From Podarcis bocagei (lineage: Eukaryota), in the NCBI GenBank assembly GCA_964188305.1, contig OZ076895.1: DNA of 64,000 nucleotides; one strand, given 5' to 3'. Of this stretch, positions 26,655 through 38,100 are shown in pieces. Each line of letters begins with the position of its first letter. Position 1 is the stretch's first letter. The position numbers were made by a program, and so were the translations under genes. Under the pieces are notes generated by a model. The model saw nothing but the letters and a program-made list of their open reading frames with translations. It ran no database searches and was not told the DNA's origin.

Positions 26655-26769
26655 AAATTATAAAGCATATCAGCCATGTTGCTGCGGTAGTACAAGGCAT
26701 TCCTATAGGCGCTTTCAGCTTCAGAAATCTTGCTCTGACTCTTCAGAACATTTCCAAGGTTACCCCATG
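26655..26769 (-). CDS. TMTC2: TMTC2 coding exon (115 bp; exon 4 equivalent; TPR repeat)
   Basis: ttttctcttggcag|CATGGGGT...AATTT|gtaagt. With the G left by the previous exon it reads AWGNLGNVLKSQSKISEAESAYRNALYYRSNMADMLYN(L). Not in the ORF track. Confidence 0.96.
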
Positions 26770-27811
26770 CTGCCAAGAGAAAAAAAGCAGTGTTCAGAGA
26801 GAGAGAGAATCCAATTATATAGAATGTAGTACCTGAAGATCAAGAAGGACCTCAGGGAGAAAAACCCACACAACTCTCTCTTTTCTTTTCTCCATCCTGG
26901 AGCAGCAGAAGAAAACATCCTCTCTTTTTATTATACTGCATTGTTTCTTCTATTAGCAACAACAATATGCATGCTCTACAGTTTAATCCCCAGAGTGCAT
27001 ATATATTGGAAAAAAGTCATCTGTTGGTAGGATCAGGAGCAACACTGGAATGCTGAAAGTTGAGAGGAAACAAACAAGTGAGGCACAGCAATTGAATCAT
27101 GCAGCCTGCACAGGCCTCAGATAACAAAAGAGGAAATTCCCCTTGAGATAGCACACTTCAAGAGCATCAGCTTTGTAGCATGGGCACTTTTATACTGTTT
27201 TATTTATAAATGACTTCTATTCAGAAAAACTCACCTTCAGAGGCAGGACATAAACAATCAGGATTTCAATGGGACATAAAAGCAATTACCGTATCATAGG
27301 TATGCTTGAAATCAATAGACAAGTAGATGGATCAGGGAGCATTACCATGTACACTGAAGTACACTGGTATGCAAGAATAGACAAATGAAACATAGATTTG
27401 TGAACAAGTGAGTAGATGTCCCTACAACATTTGTGTTATGGTGTTAAACGGGAAAGTTCAAGCTATCGGATCTGGGCAACAGAAAACAAGAACATTATTG
27501 ATTCTGCCCAAGTCGCTAGGAAATAAAGAAATAGAAGATGGAGGGAGGGGAATTATAGGGATATCCATGGCTTGGTCAAAACCAAGGGATTCTCCTTTGC
27601 AGAATGCAATATTCTCTGCATCATTTTCCTATATATTTTTAGACTGACTCTCAACATTCTGTGTAGCTTCATATACTGTAGTTCAGCTCCAACATTTATA
27701 TCTTCCAAATCAGGCAGGTGCATCAATGTCTTAAGAGCACTAGGCTAGTAACTGGCTGGCAGAGGCAGTATTAAATAATGGACAATAGATACACTCACAT
27801 GTATCACAAAC

Positions 27812-27818
27812 ATAATAA

Positions 27819-27871
<53 letters not shown>

Positions 27872-28535
27872 CCCCGCCCTCCCTGGCCAGGGCCAGGCTC
27901 AGGGTGGCTACAACCAAATATAAATTACAATAAAATGTAATGGGGGGGGGACAGTAAATTAAAATACGACTTAAAATACAGTTTAAAATGCAGTCTCATT
28001 TTAGTAGTAGCCCATAAATCAAGACCATAAAGGGAGGAAACACCAGGTATTCACCCAAGCCAGCTATCCATGCTGGTCCTACATGGGAAAATTTATATAG
28101 CAAATCCCATATAAGGGGTCAGAGCGAGTCCAAGCCGAAGGCCAAGCAGACCAGCTCCATCTTGCAGGTCCTGTGGAAAGATGTCAAATCCCGCAGGGCC
28201 CTGGTCTCTTGTGACAGAGCGTTCCACCAAGTCGGGGCCAGTGCTGAAAAGGCCCTGGACCTAGTTGAGACCAATCTAAGCTCCTTGAGGCTCGGGACTA
28301 CACTACACTACACTTGATCTTAGCCAAAAGGGGACCTCCAAAGTGTTGTTATTTATGGACCTTAAGGTCCTCCGTGGGGCATACTAGAAGAGGCGGTCCC
28401 ATAGGCGCGAGGGTCCTAAGCCACATAGGGCTTTAAAGGTCAAAACCAGCACCTTAAACCTGACCCTGTACTCCACCGGGAGCCAGTGCAGTTGGTAAAG
28501 CACTGGATGAATGTGATCCCACAGCAAGGACCCCA
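27812..28535 (-). mobile_element. L2 3' fragment of a different subfamily, with (TTTA)n tail
   Basis: Encodes DHIHPVLYQLHWLPVEYRVRFKVLVLTFKALCGLGP. 3' hairpin at 27874-27908 and (AAAT)n at 27816-27864. Confidence 0.88.
28299..28331 (-). pseudogene. U2 snRNA 5' fragment retrocopy (about nt 13-37) with slipped GTAGT repeats
   Basis: Minus strand reads CCTTTTGGCTAAGATCAAGTGTAGT-GTAGT-GTAGT, 25 nt identical to vertebrate U2. Flanked by GGGAC direct repeats at 28294-98 and 28331-35. Confidence 0.85.
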
Positions 28536-29917
28536 TAAGGGGTCCTTTACTTCGCTTTGCTTTGCAAAGTAAAATTGCTAAGATGCTAGTATGGGACAAG
28601 CTTCTTTAGACCACAGAAGTATTTCATATTTCCTTTAATTAGTGCATTTAAATGAAAAAAGAAAGACTTCACAACCAAAACTACATGGGAAAGAGTGCTT
28701 CCTATGATACCATATACACAATAAAGTTAAACAAACACAACTGCAGCATTATCTAAAGTGTTTAAGATTGAAAGAACAGCACGATTGGCTTCAAATACCT
28801 GAAGGGGGATTTGGTCTTCTGTTTCGTGAATGGCAGGCCCTCGTGTCAGGCTGTTTTTGAAACTTACATTTTCAACCACTGTTTGCAATACAGCCTGGGA
28901 ATCGGCTGTTGAAAGAGGGAAATCCCACTGGCCATAAGCAACGCCTTGGGCTTGCCTAAGGTAGCTGTTTGGATCCCAAGCAAAAAGGTGTATGAACAAC
29001 AATAGATTTCTGTCAACGTACACATCTCAGAGTACTCAAAACACTCAATAAATGTACTTTTGAAATATTTAGATGTGGAGAAAACGTAGAGATAGCCACT
29101 TAAATGTCAGTTTCAATCTATTGGAGGAAATGAATCCCCTCCCTCATTTTATCTGAATGGCTTTTCAGAAAATGGGACATGGCAATAACGTCCAAATTAG
29201 CACATTATGTTTGGGCAAGAGAATATGTGATGTATTGAAAAATGAACACTTTTTATGTCTCTTTGGAATGAGTAATTTGGCAACGTTGTGAGACCTTATT
29301 CATTGCTTTTGCTAAATAGTGGATTGTAATATTTGATTGTAAGTGAGAAACATCAAATCTGGCAGGCCCAGACATGTGAAATAGTAGCTTTCACAATATG
29401 CACTCAACAAGTGGCCAAAACTAAATTACAGTCAATGGGTTCCAAATCTAAGTCAAAATGTACAATGAGGATGAGAAGAAGGATAGGGAACCTGTGGCCT
29501 TCCAGATGTTGCTCCCATCTTTCATCACCTCTAGACAGCAATGGGAATGGGTCTGGAAACTGGAATCCAACAGCATCTGAAGAGCAATAGGCTCCCCACT
29601 CGCTGGATTACAGGAATGGGAGCTATGTGTGTACCTAATACACAATGGAAAACAAACATTAAAAAAATATATGTAATGAGCATTGTTGGATTTCCTCTGT
29701 AATACTCTATATGCTCCTATTTCACAAACACACTTGGGGTTGAGAAATGGAATACTGGGTGGAGTTGAATTACGACTGGGCAGGTACTTGTCCTTGTGTT
29801 ACAGATGCATTTACTCTAAACAGGGACAAACACAACAAATGCCCAATCTGGATGACTGCCTACAGAAGACACTGATGAAACCACTTCCAAAGGTGCTCAG
29901 CTAATTAAACCACAGTA

Positions 29918-30271
29918 CAATGGTGCCCCGCAAGACGAATGCCTCGCAAGACAAAAAACTCGCTAGACGAAAGGGCTTTGCGGTTTTTGAGCTGCTTCGC
30001 AAGACGAATTTCCCTATGGGCTTGCTTCGCAAGACGAAAACGTCTTGCAAGTTTGTTTCCTTTTTCTTAACACCGTTAATACAGTTGCGACTTGACTTCG
30101 AGGAGCAACTCATAGAACGTGGTGTGGTAGCCTTTTTTGAGGTTTTTGAAGACTTTGGTGATTTTTGAAGCTTTTCCAAAACTTTCCCGACACTGTGCTT
30201 CGCAAGATGAAAAATTCGCTAGACGAAAAAACTCGCGGAACGAATTAATTTCGTCTTGCGAGGCACCACTG
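29918..30271. mobile_element. Tc1/mariner (Tigger-like) MITE
   Basis: TA|CAATGGTGCCCCGCAAGACG...CGTCTTGCGAGGCACCACTG|TA. Internal CGCAAGACGAA repeats, CpG-rich (young). Confidence 0.85.
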
Positions 30272-31427
30272 TATCATATTCTAAGTTTTCTTCATTTAAT
30301 GGAAGGAAATGCATACTAAGCAAGACAAGCTCTAAAACGTTTAGGTCTTGGTGATATATTGTTATTAATGTGTGCTTTAGGGTTAGAATATTGCTGGGTT
30401 TTATTCCTTATTTTCTTCCTATATCACTCAGCACTAACGCTATGGTTGCCATAAATTAGCAAGTTTAAAATAATACAAATACCTCTGTGACAAAGCAAAT
30501 TTCCTCTTTAAAATACTTCCATTTATGAAAACATGCCTCTAGCATTAGAGAACAGTTTTGGCTCTTGTTTCATATTCACTGACCATCTAAAGGCTGGAAC
30601 AGTTCTAGCCTTTCTCTTTAAAATTCTTTGTTTCCATTGTTTGCAGAAGCTGTCTTTACTGCCTTGGCTCCTTTTCAATTCATTTTTGTTCAGAGTGAAC
30701 ACTTAGCTGCAGCATAGTTACTTCAAAATTGACTTCATACATAACCATGAAACACTGTGGTATATTAAAGGAAAACTGACAAAATTGATTTCAGAACAAA
30801 TGTCAGTAGACCTAGTTCAGAGGTCACGGTGAAATTGTGAGCTTCAAGCTTATGCATTCTTTCCTTCCCATGCAAACTCTGTTCTCTCCTCTATCTTTTT
30901 TCTAGTGTGAGCAAACCACAGTTTCCCAAACTGTCCAAACTGGGCAAACAATGGTTTTGCAGAAACAACCATTTGTTTCCAATCCAAACTTGGAAACTCA
31001 ACTCAAACCATAGTTTCCAATTTTGATTTGAAAGCAAAGCATACGCTCCTTTTATGTCTCCCACCACCACCTCCAGCACAAAATGGTTTGTGCAAGTCTG
31101 GACCAGGCTTTTGTCCAAATTCTGAAGATAATCATGGCAGTCGCCTATGGCCTGATTGCCGCATTACAATGGTTAGGAGGGCACTTCCACTGCCATTGTT
31201 TCTTGGTTACAACCAACTCTAGCCAACCCATGTTTAAAAACCAAAATGGTTTATTTATTTATTAAAATTTATATAACTGATTGATTTCAAAAGATTATCA
31301 GCAAAAAATTATAAACAGTTAAAAGGAACTACTTGAAACATTCAAAAACTAGGCAAAATCAGTGCTAAGTTCAAAAACAGATTAAAACACACACCAACAT
31401 TCTACATATCTGATAACACTGATGTTA

Positions 31428-31802
31428 AAAAAGAAGAAGTAAAGGACCCCTGACAGTTAAGTCCAGTCGCAGACAACTCTGGGGTTGCAGCGCTCATCTC
31501 ACTTTACAGGCTGAGGGAGCCAGCGTTTGTCTGCAGATAATTTTTCCAGGTCATGTGGCCAGCATGACTAAGCCGTTTCTGGCGAAACCAGAGCAACACA
31601 CGGAAACGCCATTTACCTTCCCGTCGGAGTGGTACTTATTTATCTGCTTGCACTTTTTGGGGTGCTTTCAAACTGCTAGGTTGGCAGGAGCTGGGACCGA
31701 GCAATGGGAGCTCACCTCATCGCAGGGATTCGAACCACCAACTTTCTGATCGGCAAGCCCAAGAGGCTCAGTGGTTTAGACCACAGTGCCATCTGCGTTT
31801 CC
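31428..31802 (-). mobile_element. Sauria SINE with 14-bp TSD
   Basis: Reverse complement of the Sauria SINE. TSD TAACACTGATGTTA at 31414-31427 and 31803-31816. Confidence 0.93.
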
Positions 31803-31905
31803 TAACACTGATGTTATTTTACCCTGAATCTTCTAATGACATTTCCCAGTGACTTCATATATGCAGCACTGGGAACAAGATGGAACCCTGTGACTACCTA
31901 TTATA

Positions 31906-32147
31906 CAGTGGTACCTCAGGTTAAGTACTTAATTCGTTCCGGAGGTCCATACTTAACCTGAAACTGTTCTTAACCTGAAGCACCACTTTAGCTAATGGGG
32001 CCTCCTGCTGCTGCCGCGCCGCCGGAGCACAATTTCTGTTCTCATCCTGAAGCAAAGTACTTAACCTGAGGTAATATTTCTGGGTTAGCGGAGTCTGTAA
32101 CCTGAAGCGTATGTAACCTGAAGCGTATGTAACTTGAGGTACCACTG
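31906..32147. mobile_element. Tc1/mariner (Tigger-like) MITE, 242 bp
   Basis: TA|CAGTGGTACCTC...GAGGTACCACTG|TA. Near-identical copy at 55543-55784. Confidence 0.9.
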
Positions 32148-34065
32148 TACAGATATCTACTGAGGGTACCAGCCAAAATCAGCAACCAGAAGCACTAAAT
32201 GCAATAGCCAGTGGAACAGCTTATTCTGTCACTGGGGAAGATACTGTTCAATATAAAGGGGCTCTCAGCTGAACAGTTTTGATGAGCACCATTCACCTAT
32301 AAGTTTTAGAAGATTAGAAATAAATGCAATATGACCACTAAATCTCCTCTTTTTTGTTTGTTATTAAACTTTTATGGGCATCAAATTCCTAGACCATGAC
32401 AGATTAGGTTTGGTGTTATACATCATCCTGCACCACCTTTCCTAATCCTCACCACCTTTTCCTCACCACCTTTTCATAGCATGCTATAAAGTACAGTGGC
32501 AAAACATAAATAAAGATGTACAACACACATCAACTAGGTTCAGTTGCGCTGCAACATCCGCTACTTTCATTAGGGCTTGTGTCAATTCCCCTGAAACCAG
32601 CAGCTAAAGCATCTCTTTTCTCACGTCTGAAGCTCCTCAAAACAAAAAACAGTCTAATATTGTAGATACTAGTTTTCAAGGTGAATCACATCAGTTGCTT
32701 CTGTTCTCTGTCAAAAGTACTTGAAAACCTCTTATCTTCCCTTGAGCACTTGACTGATATTAATAATCATCAACACTTCTGTGACGCACTGAAGAAGTAC
32801 CTGCACTTCGCAAAGTAATTTTCAATAAATCACCATGGGGAGGTGCCTCAAAAGGCAGGATGTCATTGTGTGAGCCTGAATTCACTGCCTTCAAGTTGCA
32901 AAATCTCCTGGGGTGGGGTGAGGGAATCAGTGCAGAGCCGAATCATCATTTCAAATTTGCATATCACAGTGAACTGTTAATCCCACAGCATATTCAAGTA
33001 CATATTAGGCATTTGTGTTGCTCTGGCCTTCTGGAATGTACTGTTCAGCATTCTGAGTTCTACTACCATCGAGTGTAGAAAACATTTTTTAAAAACCTAG
33101 TTGAAAGCATCATTATTTCTGGGTGCTCAGGAAACAAAGCCCTTGGAATATCTTGTGCCCTGCAAAGCAAAAGGTATAAAACTGTATACACTTTTCTGGA
33201 ATACACTTTAATTTTATCTGCGTCTGGAATTTTATGTAATATGAGAAATCTGTCAGCATCTCTTAGATTAATTCTGTTACTGCAAGCCAAGGTTTTAACT
33301 CGCCAAAATAAATGCTCTTATAACTCATTTCTTAATAAATAAATGTTTTCTACAAGCTCAAGTTCCAAAATTAATCTGTTTTATGCATTCATTTTACATA
33401 CAAGCAAATATCTGCAATTGCTCATGCTAGCTCAAGTCTGACAACCAATATTTCTTATAACGTCCATAAGGTATACTTTTTTGCATTAGCAATGTCATGA
33501 ATATAGTTTGTTCAATGTCACTGTTCAATTTATTTCAAGAATTTAGGAATCACTACCAATGGGAGTTGGTATACACTAGTCAATTGTTCCACAAGTCTGA
33601 AATTCATTTTAGTAATACGAAAATAGATTTTACAAGAACTTTTGACAATGTGGTTGTAACAGCTTTCTTCAATCAAATGCAACTTATATGGTTGACACCA
33701 AAATGTATTGCTATGATCCCTATGATTTCTTCCTAGATTCATTGGTTCATATATGATATGCACAAAAGGACATGAAGGTGTTGACAAAATGTATTTCAAA
33801 ATCTGAGAGGCATTTGAGAGCACCCTGGGCAAAGAGACTAGAATGTGTTTATTTAATTGGAACCAATGGCCTGATCCTACAACTTACTACACCAGGAAAA
33901 AAGCAATTAGAATATATCATTATAACATCACAGCATAAGCTGTGCACGGGTCTTGCTGTGCAAATGACAGCTGATGTATGTATGCAAATAAAAATGGTTT
34001 TCCCAGGAGAAGCAAGTGGAGCCTGGCCAAGTGTTTAGAATTTGCTTTCCTATAGGATGTAAGAT

Positions 34066-34908
34066 ATCTGGCCCGGGGCGGGGCCTGGGGCCTCACAAGG
34101 ACTGCGTGCTGCTTGCTGCCTGCTGCCCAGGAAGACTCCCTGAGTGAGTGCCTGAGGGCCCTGCTCTTGCCACTTACCATCTGGCCTGGGGCGGGGCCTG
34201 AAGCCTCATAAGGACTGCGTGCTGCTTGCGGCCTGCTGCCCAGGAAGACTCCCTGAGTGAGTGCCTGAGGGCCCTGCTCTTGCCACTTACCATCTGGCCT
34301 GGGGCGGGGCCTGAAGCCTCATAAGGACTGCGTGCTGCTTGCGGCCTGCTGCCCAGGAAGACTCCCTGAGTGAGTGCCTGAGGGCCCTGCTCTTGCCACT
34401 TACCATCTGGCCTGGGGCGGGGCCTGGGGCCTCACAAGGACTGCGTGCTGCTTGCGGCCTGCTGCCCAGGAAGACTCCCTGAGTGAGTGCCTGAGGGCCC
34501 TGCTCTTGCCACTTACCATCTGGCCTGGGGCGGGGCCTGAAGCCTCATAAGGACTGCGTGCTGCTTGCGGCCTGCTGCCCAGGAAGACTCCCTGAGTGAG
34601 TGCTTGTGGGCCCTGCTTTTGCCACTTACCATCTGGCTTGGGGCGGGGCCTGGGGCCTCACAAGGACTGCGTGCTGCTTGCGGCCTGCTGCCCAGGAAGA
34701 CTCCCTGAGTGAGTGCTTGTGGGCCCTGCTTTTGCCACTTACCATCTGGCCTGGGGCGGGGCCTGAAGCCTCACAAGGACTGCGTGCTGCTTGCTGCTTG
34801 CTGCCTGCTGCCCAGGAGGAGTCCCCTGAGTGAGTGCCTGAGGGCCCTGCTCCTCCCTGCCACTTACCACCTGGCCCGGGGCGGGGCCTGACAGGCCTCA
34901 CTAGGACA
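34066..34908 (+). repeat. Tandem array of 113-bp GC-rich monomers (7 full units plus a degenerate partial unit)
   Basis: Units start at 34066, 34179, 34292, 34405, 34518, 34631, 34744 (unit 7 is 125 bp) and a partial at 34869. Each has GGGGCGGGGC, CTGAGTGAGT and CCACTTACC. Confidence 0.97.
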
Positions 34909-35169
34909 GTTGTTACTGCCGGAGAGGCACAGAGTGTTTTTAAAATGTTTTTAAAAATTTTCTTTGGATTTTTTGTATGTGGGGGGTGGGGGTGGGATGG
35001 ATGTTTGGTTGGGCTTGGGGAATTATTTTTTTTTTATTTTGATGTTTTTGTAATTTTTACATTTTTTTTGTTTGTATTGTTTTATTGGTTTTGTTTGTTT
35101 GTTTAAGGTGTTATTTTGTTTTTAGGGGGAGGGTTCAGGGCTGCCGGGGAGTGGGCCCCAGCCCACAAA

Positions 35170-38100
35170 ATGGCTGGGGCATGTTCCACAGGGGGGGATG
35201 CACTGGGACAACCGATCTCAGTGATCACGGGTAGGAGGAGGAGTTACGCTAAGACCAGACCATGTCATTACAGAGGAGGCAGGTTTAGTCGTTGTCTGAG
35301 GACTATCCCTGCCTCCGGGTCTGGTCCTGTCCGGATGGATACTAGAATCAGCAAGGGATACCCACGTGACCTGAAGGTGCTGCTGTGCAATGCCAGGTCA
35401 ATGATTCGTAAGACCACTGCCATCCATGACTTGATCATGGATGGAGGATTTGACCTGGCATGTGTAACAGAGACTTGGTTGGATGAAGCAGATGGGCCTG
35501 TCCTTGCCGCTGCTTGTCCACCAGGTTTCTCTTACGCACAGCAACCCAGGTCACGTGGGCGGGGAGGGGGGGTTGCAGTGATTTTTAGGAAGTCATTAGT
35601 TTGCACCAGGCGTCCTATTGGGAAGACCCAGTTTTCTGAGTGCATGTTCTGGAAGTTGGGCAATAGGGGCAGTACAGGATTCCTTTTGGTGTACCGACCT
35701 CCCCGCTGCACCAAGGATTCCCTGCCCGAGCTGCTTCAGGTCGTGGCGGATGTTCTCCTGGAGACACCCAGCCTGGTCGTCCTAGGGGATTTTAACATCC
35801 ATGCCGACACGGCCTTACAAGGGGCCGCTCGGGACTTCGTGGAAAGCATGGCCTCCATGGGGCTGTCCCTGAATAAGTCTGGCCCAACCCATAGCCGTGG
35901 ACATGCCTTGGACCTGGTGTTTACCTCTATGGATGTTGGTGATCTGACACTAAGTAAAAGCGAAATGAAAGAAGTGCCATGGTCAGATCACTTCCTGGTG
36001 CAACTGGACTTCTCTGCGACCCATCCCCTCTGCAGGGAGGTGGGACCAATTCGGATGGTCCGCCCCCGCCACTTAATGGATCCAAATGGTTTCCAGAGAG
36101 TGGTAGGGGATGCTTTATCCCATGTTGATGGCCTTTCAGCCGATTCCCTGGTGGCCCGCTGGAATGTGGAGTTAACCAGGGCTATTGACTGTTTGGCTCC
36201 GAAGCACCCTCTCCGATTGCATGGAGCCCGGACAGCCCCGTGGTTTTCCACGGATCTGAGGGCAATGAAACAATCGTTGAGACGGCTAGAGCGCCGGTGG
36301 CGGATAACTCATTCCGAATCTGACCGGACACAGGTTAGAGCTCAACGTCGAGCCTACCAAGTGGCGATAGCGACGGCGAAGAAGAATTTCTTCACCGCCT
36401 CTATTGCATCTGCAGAAAACAGCAGCAGGAGACTTTTTCAGGTGGTTCACAATTTAGCGGAACCACCTGCAACATCGGGGCCCAGTACGGGCCACATGTT
36501 CTCCTGCAATGATTTTGCAAAGTTTTTTGCAGATAAAATCGCCCAGATTCGGGAAGAAGTAGACTCCACCGTGGGAGCAGGGCCGGGGCGGGAGAGTGCT
36601 AGAGTTCTGTCTAGTCAAGTTGAGTGGGATCAATTTCAACCTGTTACCTCCGAGGATGTGGACAGGCTGCTTGGACGAGTGAAACCAACCACCTGTCTCC
36701 TGGATCCTTGCCCATCCTGGCTTATAAAAGCTAGCCGGGAAGGACTGGGCGATGGGCTTCGTGGGGTGGTGAATGCTTCCCTCCGTGAGGGAGCCTTCCC
36801 AGACCCGCTGAAAGAGGCGGTTATTAAACCGCTTCTTAAAAAACCATCTTTAGATGCGGCCACGATGGCCAACTATCGCCCAGTCTCAAATCTTCCATTC
36901 CTGGGCAAGGTGATTGAGCGAGTGGTTGCTGAACAACTCCAGGCACGCCTGGAAGAAGCGGACCATTTGGATCCCTTCCAGTCGGGATTCAGGCCTCATC
37001 ATGGGACTGAAACTGCCTTGGTCGCACTGGTTGATGATCTCCGGCGGGCTAGGGACAAAGGTGAGAGCTGTTTCCTAGTTCTGCTGGATCTCTCAGCGGC
37101 GTTTGATACCATCGACCATAGCATCCTTCTGGACCGTCTTGAGGGGCTGGGAGCTGGGGGCACTGTTATACAGTGGTTCCGCTCCTTCCTCCTGGGCCGT
37201 GTTCAGAAAGTGGTGGTGGGGGATGAGTGTTCAGACCCTTGGGCCCTCACTTGTGGGGTGCCTCAGGGTTCTGTCCTCTCCCCCATGCTTTTTAACATCT
37301 ATATGAAGCCGCTGGGAGAGATCATCAGGAGGTTTGGGCTGGGTGTTCATCAGTATGCGGATGACACCCAGCTCTACCTCTCTTTTAAATCAGAACCAGT
37401 GAAGGCGGTGAAGGTCCTGTGTGAGTGTCTGGAGGCGGTTGGAGGATGGATGGCGGCTAACAGATTGAGGTTGAATCCTGACAAGACAGAAGTACTGTTT
37501 TTGGGGGACAGGAGGCGGGCAGGTGTGGAGGATTCCCTGGTCCTGAATGGGGTAACTGTGCCCCTGAAGGACCAGGTGCGCAGCCTGGGAGTCATTTTGG
37601 ACTCACAGCTGTCCATGGAGGCACAGGTCAAATCTGTGTCCAGGGCAGCTGTTTACCAACTCCATCTGGTACGTAGGCTGAGACCCTATCTGCCTGCGGA
37701 CTGTCTCGCCAGAGTGGTGCATGCTCTGGTTATCTCCCGCTTGGACTACTGCAATGCGCTCTACGTGGGGCTACCTTTGAAGGTGACGCGGAAACTACAA
37801 CTAATCCAGAATGCGGCAGCTAGACTGGTGACTGGGAGCGGCCGCCGAGACCATATAACACCGGTCTTGAAAGACCTGCATTGGCTCCCAGTACGTTTCC
37901 GAGCACAATTCAAAGTGTTGGTGCTGACCTTTAAAGCCCTAAACGGCCTCGGTCCAGTATACCTGAAGGAGCGTCTCCACCCCCATCAGTCTGCCCGGAC
38001 GCTGAGGTCCAGCGCCGAGGGCCTTCTGGCGGTTCCCTCACTGCGAGAAGCAAAGCTACAGGGAACCAGGCAGAGGGCCTTCTCGGTAGTGGCGCCCGCC

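Noticed and set aside
34066-34178. HDV-like or other self-cleaving ribozyme in the monomer
   Set aside because: Some LINE 5' ends carry them, but I could not fit the nested double pseudoknot or a hammerhead core by eye. An Infernal/RNArobo search would be needed.
34066-34908. CRISPR array or coding repeat (ORFs 33920-34180, 34600-34901)
   Set aside because: Units are contiguous 113-bp repeats with no unique spacers, the context is eukaryotic and there are no cas genes. The unit length is not a multiple of 3, so the ORFs are incidental.
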